Assembly (NCBI GenBank): GCA_051362555.1
Contig: CM120640.1
Coordinates: forward strand, 44,308,788 to 44,372,787
Reading direction: 5' to 3'
DNA from: Lingula anatina
Taxonomy: Eukaryota > Animalia > Brachiopoda
DNA: 64,000 nucleotides
This document shows, piece by piece, positions 63,858 through 64,000 of this stretch. Position numbers and translations under genes: made by a program. The notes beneath the pieces are model-generated. The model worked only from the letters and a program-made list of their open reading frames with translations. It was not told the origin of the DNA and ran no database searches. Within the stretch, counting starts at the first letter, position 1. The number at the start of each line of letters is the position of its first letter.

Positions 63858-64000
63858 ATCTTAAGTGCTAAGTGTTCGGTATTTCACACATTATTCGTGG
63901 AAGGCCTACGACGTGGTCTATGCGTTTGTTCAATAATATCAGCAACAAGATTTTTTCTTAAAATCTATCAATCATACATGTAGATAATTGCACTCATTTG

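Overview
AT-rich, intron-containing eukaryotic DNA, most consistent with a lophotrochozoan invertebrate such as a mollusc (inferred from gene content, repeat types and TACATGTA enrichment). Bases 1-32.9 kb have no credible protein-coding ORF, only candidate non-coding or micro-exons, microsatellites and MITEs. Bases 33-59.5 kb hold three minus-strand genes for MAM domain + S/T-rich mucin stalk + transmembrane proteins (two complete with signal-peptide exons, one lacking its 5' exons in this window), with a 4-exon ependymin-related gene on the plus strand between them. A near full-length RTEX-like LINE (about 46.1-56.2 kb, minus) is interrupted by a young Mag-like Gypsy LTR element in ORF1 and a 168-bp MITE in ORF2. 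The right end carries several MITEs and a Helentron-associated non-autonomous element (HINE) with two internal tandem arrays. The two most notable observations: LINE ORF1 and ORF2 are in the same frame, separated by one UAG-GGA, with no AUG ahead of the endonuclease motifs (candidate stop-codon readthrough); and the middle MAM gene appears to be a mosaic of its two neighbours. All coordinates and exon joins were derived by eye; no database searches were run.
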